NCBI GenBank assembly: GCA_963793425.1
Contig: CAWCAG010000007.1
Location: 480,001 to 544,000 of the forward strand
DNA length: 64,000 bases
Source of the DNA: an uncultured cyanobacterium
GTDB lineage: Bacteria; Cyanobacteriota; Cyanobacteriia; Cyanobacteriales; CAWCAG01
Direction of reading: 5' to 3'
The notes beneath the pieces were generated by a model. The model did not search any database. It was not told the origin of the DNA and saw nothing but the letters and a program-made list of their open reading frames with translations. The translations under genes were made by a program, and so were the position numbers. Of this stretch, positions 43,172 to 54,119 are shown in pieces; position 1 is the stretch's first letter; each line of letters starts with the position of its first letter.

Positions 43172-44101
43172 CTAAATTTTCATTTTCCAACCAGGGGCCC
43201 ATACAGGTGGAGAAGGATTACCTAAATCAGCATCTCGTATACCTTGATGAGCTACAGAGTTACTGTTGGGACCTAATGGAAAATAACGAAGTTTTTGGGC
43301 TGCAATTCGACGCATTGTACCCACTAAGCTATCCCTGTATCTATTACAGGCTTTAAAATCCAAGTTAGTTGCTGCTTTAATTGTGCCACTGATATTTCTT
43401 CCCCAATCTACAGAACTAGAATCATATTGCCCATAGCTAGTGACTAAGTATCCCCAAAAACCTTGATCCGTTCCACTAGAGTTGCTTGAATCAGTACGAC
43501 TTACATCACTGGCAGTACCACCAGTGCTACCACTACCGCTACTACCGCTAACACCTCCATTTGCACTCGGTCCACCGCGAAAAATTGTTTCTCTTGCAGA
43601 TTCGATAGGTTTACCTTGCTCATCTACAGCTACTGGATCTGAAACTATAATGAAACCATGATTACCTACCCCAAAATCTACTCCGTAGTAGCGAAGCTCA
43701 ACTTTACCTGGCCGAGTAAAAGATTTGGCAAGTTGTATTGTTGAGGCTCGGTCACTTTCTACTTTAGCTGAATCTTGTCCAAATGACCTTTGAATTCTAT
43801 CTAAATGAGGTAACGCTAAAGGGGAACCTGTAAAACCTGTAGCAGCAATCTGGGTGGGAGAATGATTAGCTTCTTCACCTCCACATTTGGCACATTTAGC
43901 TTGTACCTGTAAACCAGAACGCATATTATCCCACATTGCCTTTTCACCGGCTACTTGCTGTTGCGTTGATGACTTCTTTTGAACAACCGGATTAGGACTA
44001 GCTTTTTGTTGTACAGGTTGAAAATGGGGAGCGGAACTAATCGTTGGCTTTGGTACAGGAGGAAGAAAAGAACTAGATTTTTGGACAAGTTGGTGACTCA
44101 T
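43172..44101 (-). CDS. Second effector-like protein: shared leader, DUF4157 core deleted, permuted papain-like (H...GPNSN) C-terminal domain
   Basis: First ~110 aa nearly identical to 41307..42629; NHGFIIV...FRGGP...YFPLGPNSNSVA. Confidence 0.72.
   Translation of the reverse strand: MSHQLVQKSSSFLPPVPKPTISSAPHFQPVQQKASPNPVVQKKSSTQQQVAGEKAMWDNMRSGLQVQAKCAKCGGEEANHSPTQIAATGFTGSPLALPHLDRIQRSFGQDSAKVESDRASTIQLAKSFTRPGKVELRYYGVDFGVGNHGFIIVSDPVAVDEQGKPIESARETIFRGGPSANGGVSGSSGSGSTGGTASDVSRTDSSNSSGTDQGFWGYLVTSYGQYDSSSVDWGRNISGTIKAATNLDFKACNRYRDSLVGTMRRIAAQKLRYFPLGPNSNSVAHQGIRDADLGNPSPPVWAPGWKMKI
43771..44101 (-). repeat. 331-bp direct repeat, copy 2
   Basis: Nearly identical to 42299..42629. Confidence 0.92.
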
Positions 44102-44251
44102 AATTAGTCAGGGAAGAACGCTACATTATCGTACTTTGTGCCGGGATGTCTCTTTCTCCTCGTTTATCTGACCTAATCTATCAAGCTAGTGAAGAACAAT
44201 CTACCTATATAACCTTCAATTTAGCCCTAAAAACTTTTCCTCAACCTTTAT

Positions 44252-45591
44252 CAAAACGAAAAAAAGGTTTAAAACCCCGCCGTTTTAGGGCGGATTCGTT
44301 GATTTTTTCAGGTACAATAAACATAATTTGCCAATAGCAACTGTTGCAACCAACATGAAAGCTAGATACAGATACAGATTTTACCCAACGAAGGAGCAGA
44401 AACACTCATTTGCTCAACTATTTGGCTGTATCCGCGTCGTCTGGAATGATGCTCTGGCACAATGCAAAAGTGAAGGCAAAGCATTAAGCTACAACAAACT
44501 ATCTAGCCTGTTAACCATAGCCAAGAAGACAGAAGAAAGGATTTGGCTAAGGGATGTATCAGCAGTCCCCTTACAACAAACTTTAAGAAACTTAGCCGCA
44601 GCCTATAAAAACTTTTTCGACTCGTGCCGTGGTAAAAGGAAAGGTAAAAAAGTCTTACCACCAAGATTCAAAAAGCGGAGTAATCAACAAAGTGCAGCAT
44701 TTACAAAATCAGCCTTCTCAATGGAAGGGCAACAAGTCTGCCTAACGAAAATTGGCAACATTACACCTATACTCTCAAGAGAACTTCCCTCAACTCCCAC
44801 CTCTCTAACAGTAATCAAAGGTAGTGCGGATAGATACTTCATAAGCTTCGTAGTTGAAATACAACCACAAAACTTACCTAAGTGCCAATCAAGCATAGGA
44901 ATAGACTTAGGAATAACCGACTTTGCCACATTCAGTAATGGAGAGAAAATCAAAGCCCCAAAACCCTTAAAAAAGAAACTAAAGAAGCTCAGAAAACTAC
45001 AACGTAACCTTGCCAGAAAGACGAAAGGTAGTAAGAGACGAGAATTAGCTAGAAGGAGAGTAGCCAAGCTTAACGCCAAGATAAAAGACACCAGAACAGA
45101 TTTTCTACATAAGCTATCAACTAAGATAATTCGTGAAAACCAAACGATAATCTTAGAAGATTTAAACGTATCGGGAATGCTCCGAAACCGTAAGTTATCC
45201 CGTGCAATTAGTGATTTAGGTTGGCGTAGTTTCAGAACTATGTTAGAAGCCAAATCAGTAATGTATGGCAGAGAATTTAGGGTAATAGATAGATGGGAAC
45301 CCACATCACAGAGATGTCATGAGTGTGGTTTTAGAGGCGGCAAGCAGGAACTCTCTATTAGAGAATGGACTTGCTTAAACTGCGGTGCAGTTCACGATAG
45401 AGACGTTAATGCCGCCATAAATATCAAAGTCGCGGGGGGACACTCTGAGACGATAAACGGACGTGGAGGGAAGCGTAAGACTACAACCGTAGCAGCACCC
45501 AAAGAAACGTCAACCCACTTAAAACCTGTTCAACTTTCGTTGTTTGGGTAGATGAGGAATCCCCGTCTCTTTAGAGCGGGGAGGATGTCAA
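44252..45591 (+). mobile_element. IS200/IS605-family tnpB-only element (IS1341-like), inserted 3' of TTTAT without target duplication
   Basis: Left hairpin CCGCC...GGCGG; right end GAAT-CCCCGTCTCT/AGAGCGGGG-...TCAA; removing it restores the ATPase frame (CCT TTA T|AC CAT AGT). Confidence 0.93.
44355..45551 (+). CDS. tnpB: RNA-guided endonuclease TnpB
   Basis: YRYRFYPT HTH; RuvC residues GIDLG, LEDL and DRDVNAA; Zn ribbon CHEC/CLNC. Confidence 0.95.
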   Translation: MKARYRYRFYPTKEQKHSFAQLFGCIRVVWNDALAQCKSEGKALSYNKLSSLLTIAKKTEERIWLRDVSAVPLQQTLRNLAAAYKNFFDSCRGKRKGKKVLPPRFKKRSNQQSAAFTKSAFSMEGQQVCLTKIGNITPILSRELPSTPTSLTVIKGSADRYFISFVVEIQPQNLPKCQSSIGIDLGITDFATFSNGEKIKAPKPLKKKLKKLRKLQRNLARKTKGSKRRELARRRVAKLNAKIKDTRTDFLHKLSTKIIRENQTIILEDLNVSGMLRNRKLSRAISDLGWRSFRTMLEAKSVMYGREFRVIDRWEPTSQRCHECGFRGGKQELSIREWTCLNCGAVHDRDVNAAINIKVAGGHSETINGRGGKRKTTTVAAPKETSTHLKPVQLSLFG

Positions 45592-47260
45592 ACCATAGTC
45601 TTAATCCCCATGCCCCCTTACGTCACTGGCAAATTATCACTCCCATAGGTACAGACCCCCTGTTTTTACGTCCCTTAGCCTTAGATGAAACCATCTTCCA
45701 CTACCTCTTAGGACAACCTTGCCTTGACCCACAATTACAGGGTTTAGTCAAGCCTTTAACCCTGAAGCAAACAACCTTGCCCCCTTCCCACCAAGCCTTA
45801 GCAACCAGGTTAATCACTGCCTGGTCTAGCCCTAACCCTCCGGTAGTACAATTAGTGGGTTCTGATTTTGCTGCTAAGGCTACTATTGCTGCTATTTCAA
45901 CTCAACAGTTAGGCTTTTCTTTACTCACCATCCCTGCCCATCTCCTACCCCAAGAAACCACAGCATTACAAGAATTCTGCCAACGACTAGAAAGACAAAC
46001 TATTTTGGGACGTAGCTTAGTTTTCCTCGATTGTCGTCAAATCTTAGAAAGTGATGGTTTAGCAGAGAAATTCTTTTCTCAATTAATTGAACAACTGCCT
46101 ACTCCCTTCCTCATTAACTCCCCAAAGCCCAAACAAATTTCTCAACCTTGCTTAATTCTGGAAGTTAACCCTCCCACTAAAGGGGAACAATTGCAACTTT
46201 GGCAAACTGCCTTGGGAGATGTGGCTACAAATTTAGAAACAGAATTGGCATCCTTGGCATATCAATATAATCTCGACCTCCCCACTATCCAAACCATCTG
46301 CACTCAAACTCTTACAGAATTGAACTTAAGTAACTCTCCTAGAGAATTACTCCCCAGCCTCCGACAAAACTGTCACCGTTTAGTTCGTCCAGCTTTACAA
46401 GGGTTAGCACAACACATCGAAACCAAAGCAGATTGGGACAGATTTAATCCTGCCGGAAAAAGAAAAGAACATCCTTGAAGAAATTGTTGCCCAAGTTACT
46501 TACAGAAAAACTGTTAGTGCCGACTGGGGCTGGGCAGGGAAAGGGCAACGGGGACAGGCAATGGTGGCAGTCTTCGCTGGGGCAAGTGGTACAGGAAAAA
46601 CTATGGCAGCAGAGTTGATTGGAAAGAGGACAGGTTTGGATGTTTATCGTATTGATTTGGCTGCTGTGGTGAGTAAGTATATAGGGGAAACGGAAAAACA
46701 TCTGGGTCAAATTTTTGATGGTGCAGAAAGGGGAGGAGCAATTTTACTTTTTGACGAGGGGGATGCTCTGTTTGGTAAGCGTACTGAAGTAAAAGATAGT
46801 CGCGATCGCTATGCTAATTTGAGTGTTAGTTATTTGTTGCAACGTTTGGAAGCTTACGGTGGATTAGCTATTATTACTACTAATTGGGAAGAATCTTTGG
46901 ATAAAGCTTTTAAACGGCGTTTTCGCCATATTGTTCAGTTTCCCATGCCAGATAAAGAGACCAGGAAGCTACTTTGGCAAAGGATTTTTCCTCAAGCGAC
47001 ACCAACCCATCAGTTAAACTTTACGGAGTTAGCAAAGATGCACATTAGCGGTGGTCATATTCGCTCCATTGCTCTTAATGCCTGCTTCCTCGCTGTCAAA
47101 ATAGGACAACCAGTGACTATGAAGCAAGTGGCGATCGCTGCCCGTGGAGAGTACATAAAGCTAGATTTGGGAAATATGGATAGTTTTACTCAGCGTTGGT
47201 TAAAAGAAGCGGAGTTAAGTTAATTAAAACCTACTCCCTTAAAAAATAACTAAATTTTCT

Positions 47261-47288
47261 TTGCAAATCGAAAAAACAGTAATACAAT
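47261..47288 (+). promoter_or_regulatory. Sigma70-type promoter for thiC
   Basis: TTGCAA-N16-TACAAT just upstream of the riboswitch. Confidence 0.55.
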
Positions 47289-47298
47289 CATTATTCAT

Positions 47299-48773
<1,475 letters not shown>

Positions 48774-48927
48774 TTGAGCAAGTTTTCAGGAATTACTCAC
48801 TTCCAACTTGTGGTTTAAAACAGATGAGTTGGATGAATAGGAGTAAGAGGTTATGGTTAGAGAGTTGGATAAAATTAATTAATCTCCAATCTCTCTAACT
48901 ATTCTTTAATGATTTAACCATCAGCTA

Positions 48928-50139
48928 TTAGCCATTAAACTTTTCCACACAACGCACAAACATTTCCACCCCCGTACTCAACGCAGACTCATCAAAATTA
49001 AAGCGGGGATGATGATGAGGGAAATCTAAACCTTGCTTTTCGTTAGCAGAACCAAGAAAGAAGTAACAACCTGGTACTTCCTTGAGGAAAAATGACATAT
49101 CCTCACTAGCCATAGTTTGACATTCCGGTACAACTCCTTGGGGAGTTTCGACAACTTGTAGGGCAACCGAACGGACTAACTCAGCTATGTTAGTATCATT
49201 AATTACAGGAGGATATAATTGCCAATAATCCAACTCATATTTTGCTCCATAACTCTGACAAACTCCCGCAATTACCTCTTCTACGCGCTGAGAAAGGTAA
49301 CCTTCTAGGGTAGGATTGAAATAGCGTACCGTACCGCTTAAATAAGCTCGATCAGCGATCGCATTTAAGGCTGTTCCTGCTTTTAGTTCCCCGACGGTAA
49401 CTACCGCCGAATCTAAGGGATTAACATTACGGGCAACTATACTTTGCAAAGCATTAACAACTTGGGCGCTAACTAGCACAGCATCAATGGTTTGGTCTGG
49501 CATAGCCCCATGACCACCCTTACCGAAAATATCACAGCGAAAACATTCTACCGCCGCCATCAATGCCCCTGAACGTACTCCTAATGTACCTACAGGCAAG
49601 CGATTCCATAAATGAAGCCCGATAATAGCATCAACATCAGGATTCTTGAGAACCCCCGCCTCAATCATTGGTTTTGCACCTCCTGGATGCTCTTCAGCCG
49701 GTTGGAAAATTATTTTGACAGTTCCCCGAAAACTATTCCGATGAGTTTCTAGGTAATAAGCTGTTCCCAAGGCGATCGCTGTATGCCCATCGTGGCCACA
49801 AGCGTGCATGACTCCATCATGGCGAGAACGGTAGAGTATACTATTCTCTTCCTGGATCGGTAAAGCATCCATATCTGCTCTAATTGCTAAAACTGGGCCA
49901 GGATGAGAACTATTTATAGTTGCAACGATACCAGTTTTAGCGATGTCTGTTTGATGATCAATTGCCCACTCTTGCAATTTTTGGGCGACAAATTTTGCAG
50001 TTAACTTTTCTTGAAAACCCAGTTCAGGATATTGATGAAGATGTCTTCGCCATTGTACTAACTGGGAATGTAAAGCTTTAATTTCTAACCGGATTTGAGA
50101 AAAATCCAGAGAATTAGTCTGGGGGAAAGTAGATACCAT
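48928..50139 (-). CDS. M20 family amidohydrolase (N-acyl-L-amino acid amidohydrolase)
   Basis: RADMDALP, MHACGHDGH, FQPAEE and HHPRF motifs. Confidence 0.92.
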   Translation of the reverse strand: MVSTFPQTNSLDFSQIRLEIKALHSQLVQWRRHLHQYPELGFQEKLTAKFVAQKLQEWAIDHQTDIAKTGIVATINSSHPGPVLAIRADMDALPIQEENSILYRSRHDGVMHACGHDGHTAIALGTAYYLETHRNSFRGTVKIIFQPAEEHPGGAKPMIEAGVLKNPDVDAIIGLHLWNRLPVGTLGVRSGALMAAVECFRCDIFGKGGHGAMPDQTIDAVLVSAQVVNALQSIVARNVNPLDSAVVTVGELKAGTALNAIADRAYLSGTVRYFNPTLEGYLSQRVEEVIAGVCQSYGAKYELDYWQLYPPVINDTNIAELVRSVALQVVETPQGVVPECQTMASEDMSFFLKEVPGCYFFLGSANEKQGLDFPHHHPRFNFDESALSTGVEMFVRCVEKFNG

Positions 50140-50356
50140 AATTTGTTAACTCGCTCTTATTAAAATTGGTTAATTTTTATTGGGGAAGTTTGCCGCAAAT
50201 TTAGTTAGTATCACTAGTTAATGTGATTGCGATCGCACCAAAAAATAACTAGAGTCACTACCTTATTGATAACATCAATCATCATGGAGTGATGGGGAAT
50301 TACTTATTGTTAAGTAATTTTTGTCTATTTTGCCCAAGGCGAGGGAATGTAACACC

Positions 50357-53005
50357 ATGCTCCCTTCTGACTCTAAATTTGTATCTTATGGTCGTACAAA
50401 CTCCATTTCTCAGTTTATGGAGTCTGAATTTGTTTGCGTATATTTCACTACTTTGATACGAGATGTTGCTGAATTGATGTATGAAAACCAGTCAGGATAT
50501 GTTGTCATAACTCAAAACAGAACAACTAAACAAAGTAATCAATCTGTAACACCTTTAGGCATTATTACAAAAGGGGATATTTTCCGCTTTCAACTTGATG
50601 GGTTAGATATTCATAGCATCCAAGCTCAAGAAGTAATGAGTACACCTTTGTATTATCTAAAAACCGAAGATAGTTTACAAAAAGCGTATCAAGAAATGCA
50701 ACGCCTTGATGTGAGCCATTTAATGGTATTAGACAAGCAAAATAAACTACAAGGGGTAATAACAAAAAACAGTTTGTTACGAAGTATTGATACTAGTTTA
50801 ATAGATAGCTTAAAGCAACAGCTTAATCGCCTCCAAGCAGAAAAGCAAACACTAATGTCCCAAGGCAACGTGCAATTGGAACAGCAGGTTAAAAGACGTA
50901 CCGTACAACTCCAAGAGCAGTCAGAATCTCATCGCTTACTAGCCAATTTGGCTGGAGATATTCGCACCTCTCTTAATCTTCAAGAAGTTCTTGATACTAC
51001 CGTTGAAAAAATACGTCAATTTCTCCAAACTGATCGAGTATTTATTTGTCGCTTTAATCCTAAAGGAGATGGAGTAGTAGTTGCAGAATCTGTCGGTGAG
51101 AGTTGGCCTTCTTTGTTAGGAGAAACTTTGCCTGAATCTTGTTTTGAGTCTAGTTGGATAGAAAGTTATTATCAACATCTTACTCGCAGAATTACTAATA
51201 TTTACGAGGCTGGACTTAGTGATGGCAAAATTCAATTACTCGAACAGTGGCAGACAAAAGCGAAGTTAACAGTACCTATTTTACTAGATGTTAAGTTGTG
51301 GGGTTTGGTTTGCGCTCATCATTGCAGATATACCAAGGAATGGTCTTCTTCATCTAGTAATTTGCTCTTAAACCTTGCTTTTCAAGTGGGCAAAGCTATT
51401 CAGCAATCGGAACTTTATCAACATTCTCAATGGGAATTAGAAGAGTATCAAAGAGAAAAAACTGCTTTGAAAGAAAGGGAGCAACGTCTTTGCAAGCATA
51501 ACCAGGTTTTGATGAATTTAGCCAAAAATAAAATCCTCAGTTCAGGAAATATAGCTGCGTCTTTGCAGAAAATAACTCAAGTAGCAGCCCAAACTTTAGA
51601 AGTGGATCAGGTTGGTTTTTGGCTTTGCAATAAAAATTACTCAGCTATACATTGTCATGATTTGTTTTGTCTAAGTACAAAAGAGCATTTAGCAGACATT
51701 CAGTTAAATATTGGCAAAGGTTCTAGATATTTTCAAGCTTTAGAAAGTGAACGTATTATTGCAGTTGAACACACTGATGTTGATCAGAGAACTAAAGAGT
51801 TTCTAGAAGCTTATTTCATTCCTTACCGAGTTAAATCTGTATTAGATGCACCAGTTTATTTAGATGGTAAATTAATAGGAGTTATTTGTCACGAGCAAGT
51901 TACGAATATGCGTCACTGGACTGTAGAAGAGCAGAATTTTGCTGGTTCCATCGCTGATTTAATTTCTTTAGCTTTTGAAGCAGTAGAAAGAAAGGCTGCT
52001 GAAGCAGAAATTCTTAGGTTAAATGAAGAGTTAGAACAAAGAGTAATTCAACGGACAGAGGAACTTGAAACTGTTAACAAGGAGCTAGGAAAAGCTCGTA
52101 GGCAATTAGAAAAACGGGTCAAGAAAAGAACAGCACAACTAGAACAAGTCAATAAAAACTTAAGACAAGAAATTATCGAACGTCAACAAGCAGAAGCTTC
52201 TTTACGAGCTAGTGAGGAACGCTATGCTACCTTAGCTAGTATTTTGGAAATAACCAATGAAGAATTGGAAATAAGAGTAGCTCGACGTACTGCTGAGTTG
52301 CGCCAAGTTATGGCAGAATTGCAAGAAGAAATTATTGAACGTAAGCAAGCTGAGACAAAAATTACGGCATCTCTTAAAGAAAAAGAAGTTTTACTTAAAG
52401 AAATTCATCATCGAGTTAAGAATAACTTACAAGTCATTTCTAGTTTATTAAAATTGCAGTCTAGCTATGTCAAAGATGAGAAGGTTTTAGCTTTATTTGA
52501 AGAGAGTAATAATCGTGTTAAGACTATGGCTCTTATTCATGAGAAGTTATATCATTCTCCTAATCTAGCTCAAATTAATGCTCAAGAATATATCAACAAT
52601 TTAACCAACAATATTTTACATTCCTATAGTATTTTTAATAAAAAAATTAAATTATCTTTAGATGTGGAAGATATTTTATTAGATATAGATACAGCTATAC
52701 CCTGTGGACTAATTATTAATGAATTGGTGTCTAATTCTCTTAAATATGCTTTCATTAAAAAAGAAGAAGGTTTAGTCTTGCTTAAGTTCAGCAAAAATAA
52801 ACATCAAGAAATAACTTTGCTGGTAAAAGATAACGGCATTGGTTTACAAGAAGGGTTAAAAATTGAAGAAGCTGATTCTTTAGGATTACAGTTAGTTTAT
52901 AACTTGACTGAGCAACTAGAAGGGGACATCAAAATTAAACGAGGACAAGGAACCTATTTTGAAATAAATTTTCCTTACCCCAAACATCAGGAGGAAGTAA
53001 CATGA
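50357..53005 (+). CDS. Sensor histidine kinase: CBS-CBS-GAF-GAF, coiled coil, HisKA_2-HATPase
   Basis: CBS pair; two GAF domains; EIHHRVKNNLQ H-box; ELVSNSLKYAF and DNGIG motifs. Confidence 0.88.
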   Translation: MLPSDSKFVSYGRTNSISQFMESEFVCVYFTTLIRDVAELMYENQSGYVVITQNRTTKQSNQSVTPLGIITKGDIFRFQLDGLDIHSIQAQEVMSTPLYYLKTEDSLQKAYQEMQRLDVSHLMVLDKQNKLQGVITKNSLLRSIDTSLIDSLKQQLNRLQAEKQTLMSQGNVQLEQQVKRRTVQLQEQSESHRLLANLAGDIRTSLNLQEVLDTTVEKIRQFLQTDRVFICRFNPKGDGVVVAESVGESWPSLLGETLPESCFESSWIESYYQHLTRRITNIYEAGLSDGKIQLLEQWQTKAKLTVPILLDVKLWGLVCAHHCRYTKEWSSSSSNLLLNLAFQVGKAIQQSELYQHSQWELEEYQREKTALKEREQRLCKHNQVLMNLAKNKILSSGNIAASLQKITQVAAQTLEVDQVGFWLCNKNYSAIHCHDLFCLSTKEHLADIQLNIGKGSRYFQALESERIIAVEHTDVDQRTKEFLEAYFIPYRVKSVLDAPVYLDGKLIGVICHEQVTNMRHWTVEEQNFAGSIADLISLAFEAVERKAAEAEILRLNEELEQRVIQRTEELETVNKELGKARRQLEKRVKKRTAQLEQVNKNLRQEIIERQQAEASLRASEERYATLASILEITNEELEIRVARRTAELRQVMAELQEEIIERKQAETKITASLKEKEVLLKEIHHRVKNNLQVISSLLKLQSSYVKDEKVLALFEESNNRVKTMALIHEKLYHSPNLAQINAQEYINNLTNNILHSYSIFNKKIKLSLDVEDILLDIDTAIPCGLIINELVSNSLKYAFIKKEEGLVLLKFSKNKHQEITLLVKDNGIGLQEGLKIEEADSLGLQLVYNLTEQLEGDIKIKRGQGTYFEINFPYPKHQEEVT

Positions 53006-54102
53006 GTTCAACGACTATTTTAGTAGTTGAAGATGAAACAATTGTCGGTATGGGGATTAGAAAAGCTCTTAAGGATATGGGCTATGATGTCCCAGCAGTA
53101 ATTAGTTCTGGAGAAAAAGCTATTGCTAAGGCTCAAATAATTACTCCAGATTTAGTAATCATGGATATTAGCTTGAAAGGAAAATATGATGGTGTAGAAG
53201 CAGCGAAACAAATTCAAGATGCTTTTCATATTCCCATTGTATACTTAACCGCTCATAGCGATATCAAAACTTTGCAAAGAGTAAAACAAACTAAACCTTT
53301 TGGTTATGTAGTGAAACCTTTTGAAGAACGTGATTTACAAACTACTATTGAGATAGCATTGAGTCGGTATCAAGCGGAAAAAGAAGTACGTCAAGCTTTA
53401 GAAAAAGAAAGAGAAATCAATCAGTTGAAGCATCGCTTTCTTTCCATGACTTCCCATGATTTACGTACTCCTCTGTCTGTGGTTTCTTTAGCAGCAGAAT
53501 TGCTAGAGAGTTTTAGTTCTACTTGGGAAGAAGAAAAGAAGCTGAGATATATTCACAAAATTCAACAAGCTGTTCGGCAAATGGATAATTTGCTTGAAGA
53601 CATTTTAATTATTGGTAAAGCCGAAGTTGGTAGCTTAGGATTTAATCCTAATCATCTCAACTTAGTTGAGTTTTGCCAAGAGTTGGTAGATGAGTTACAG
53701 CTTATTTTCCAAACTAGATCACCGATTAACTTGGTATTTAAAAATTCTTGTCAGGAAGCTTATATGGATGCCAAATTACTGAGGCAGATTCTTACGAACT
53801 TATTGTCTAATGCAATTAAATATTCTCCTAATAATCAACCTATTAATTTTTATTTGAGTTGTGATCATAATTTTGCAGTTTTTTGTATTCAAGATCAAGG
53901 TATTGGTATACCTCCTCAAGACTTACAGGAACTTTTTAAAAGCTTTCGTAGAGCTAGTAATGTTGGGGAGATTCCTGGCACAGGATTAGGTTTGGCTATT
54001 GTCAAAAAGCTTACAGAAATTCATCGAGGTACAATTTCTGTAGAAAGTGAGTTACAAGAAGGTACTACTTTTACCGTTAGTTTGCCATTTGGGAAAGCCT
54101 GA
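53002..54102 (+). CDS. Hybrid REC-HisKA-HATPase protein
   Basis: ILVVEDE...MDISL receiver; SHDLRTPL H-box; GTGLGL; 4-bp overlap with the upstream kinase. Confidence 0.9.
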   Translation: MSSTTILVVEDETIVGMGIRKALKDMGYDVPAVISSGEKAIAKAQIITPDLVIMDISLKGKYDGVEAAKQIQDAFHIPIVYLTAHSDIKTLQRVKQTKPFGYVVKPFEERDLQTTIEIALSRYQAEKEVRQALEKEREINQLKHRFLSMTSHDLRTPLSVVSLAAELLESFSSTWEEEKKLRYIHKIQQAVRQMDNLLEDILIIGKAEVGSLGFNPNHLNLVEFCQELVDELQLIFQTRSPINLVFKNSCQEAYMDAKLLRQILTNLLSNAIKYSPNNQPINFYLSCDHNFAVFCIQDQGIGIPPQDLQELFKSFRRASNVGEIPGTGLGLAIVKKLTEIHRGTISVESELQEGTTFTVSLPFGKA

Positions 54103-54119
54103 TGTGATTATATTAGTTA

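Larger units (their letters stand above)
44104..47223 (+). pseudogene. eCIS-associated AAA+ ATPase (Afp15/Pvc15-like), interrupted by an IS605-family element, with one extra G at 46435-46437
   Basis: EERYIIVLCAGM...TFNLAL...PLRHWQII N-terminal region; GASGTGKTMAAE, VVSKYIGETEK, LLFDEGDALFGKRTEVKDSRDRYAN and GGHIRSIA motifs. Confidence 0.85.

Noticed and set aside
44252..45591. IStron (group I intron plus IS) that would splice out of the ATPase mRNA
   Set aside because: Only about 100 nt lie between the left end and the tnpB start, too little for a group I intron core.
44146..47223. ORFs 44146..44337, 45552..46478 and 46561..47223 as three independent genes
   Set aside because: They join into one ATPase once the IS and one extra G are removed.
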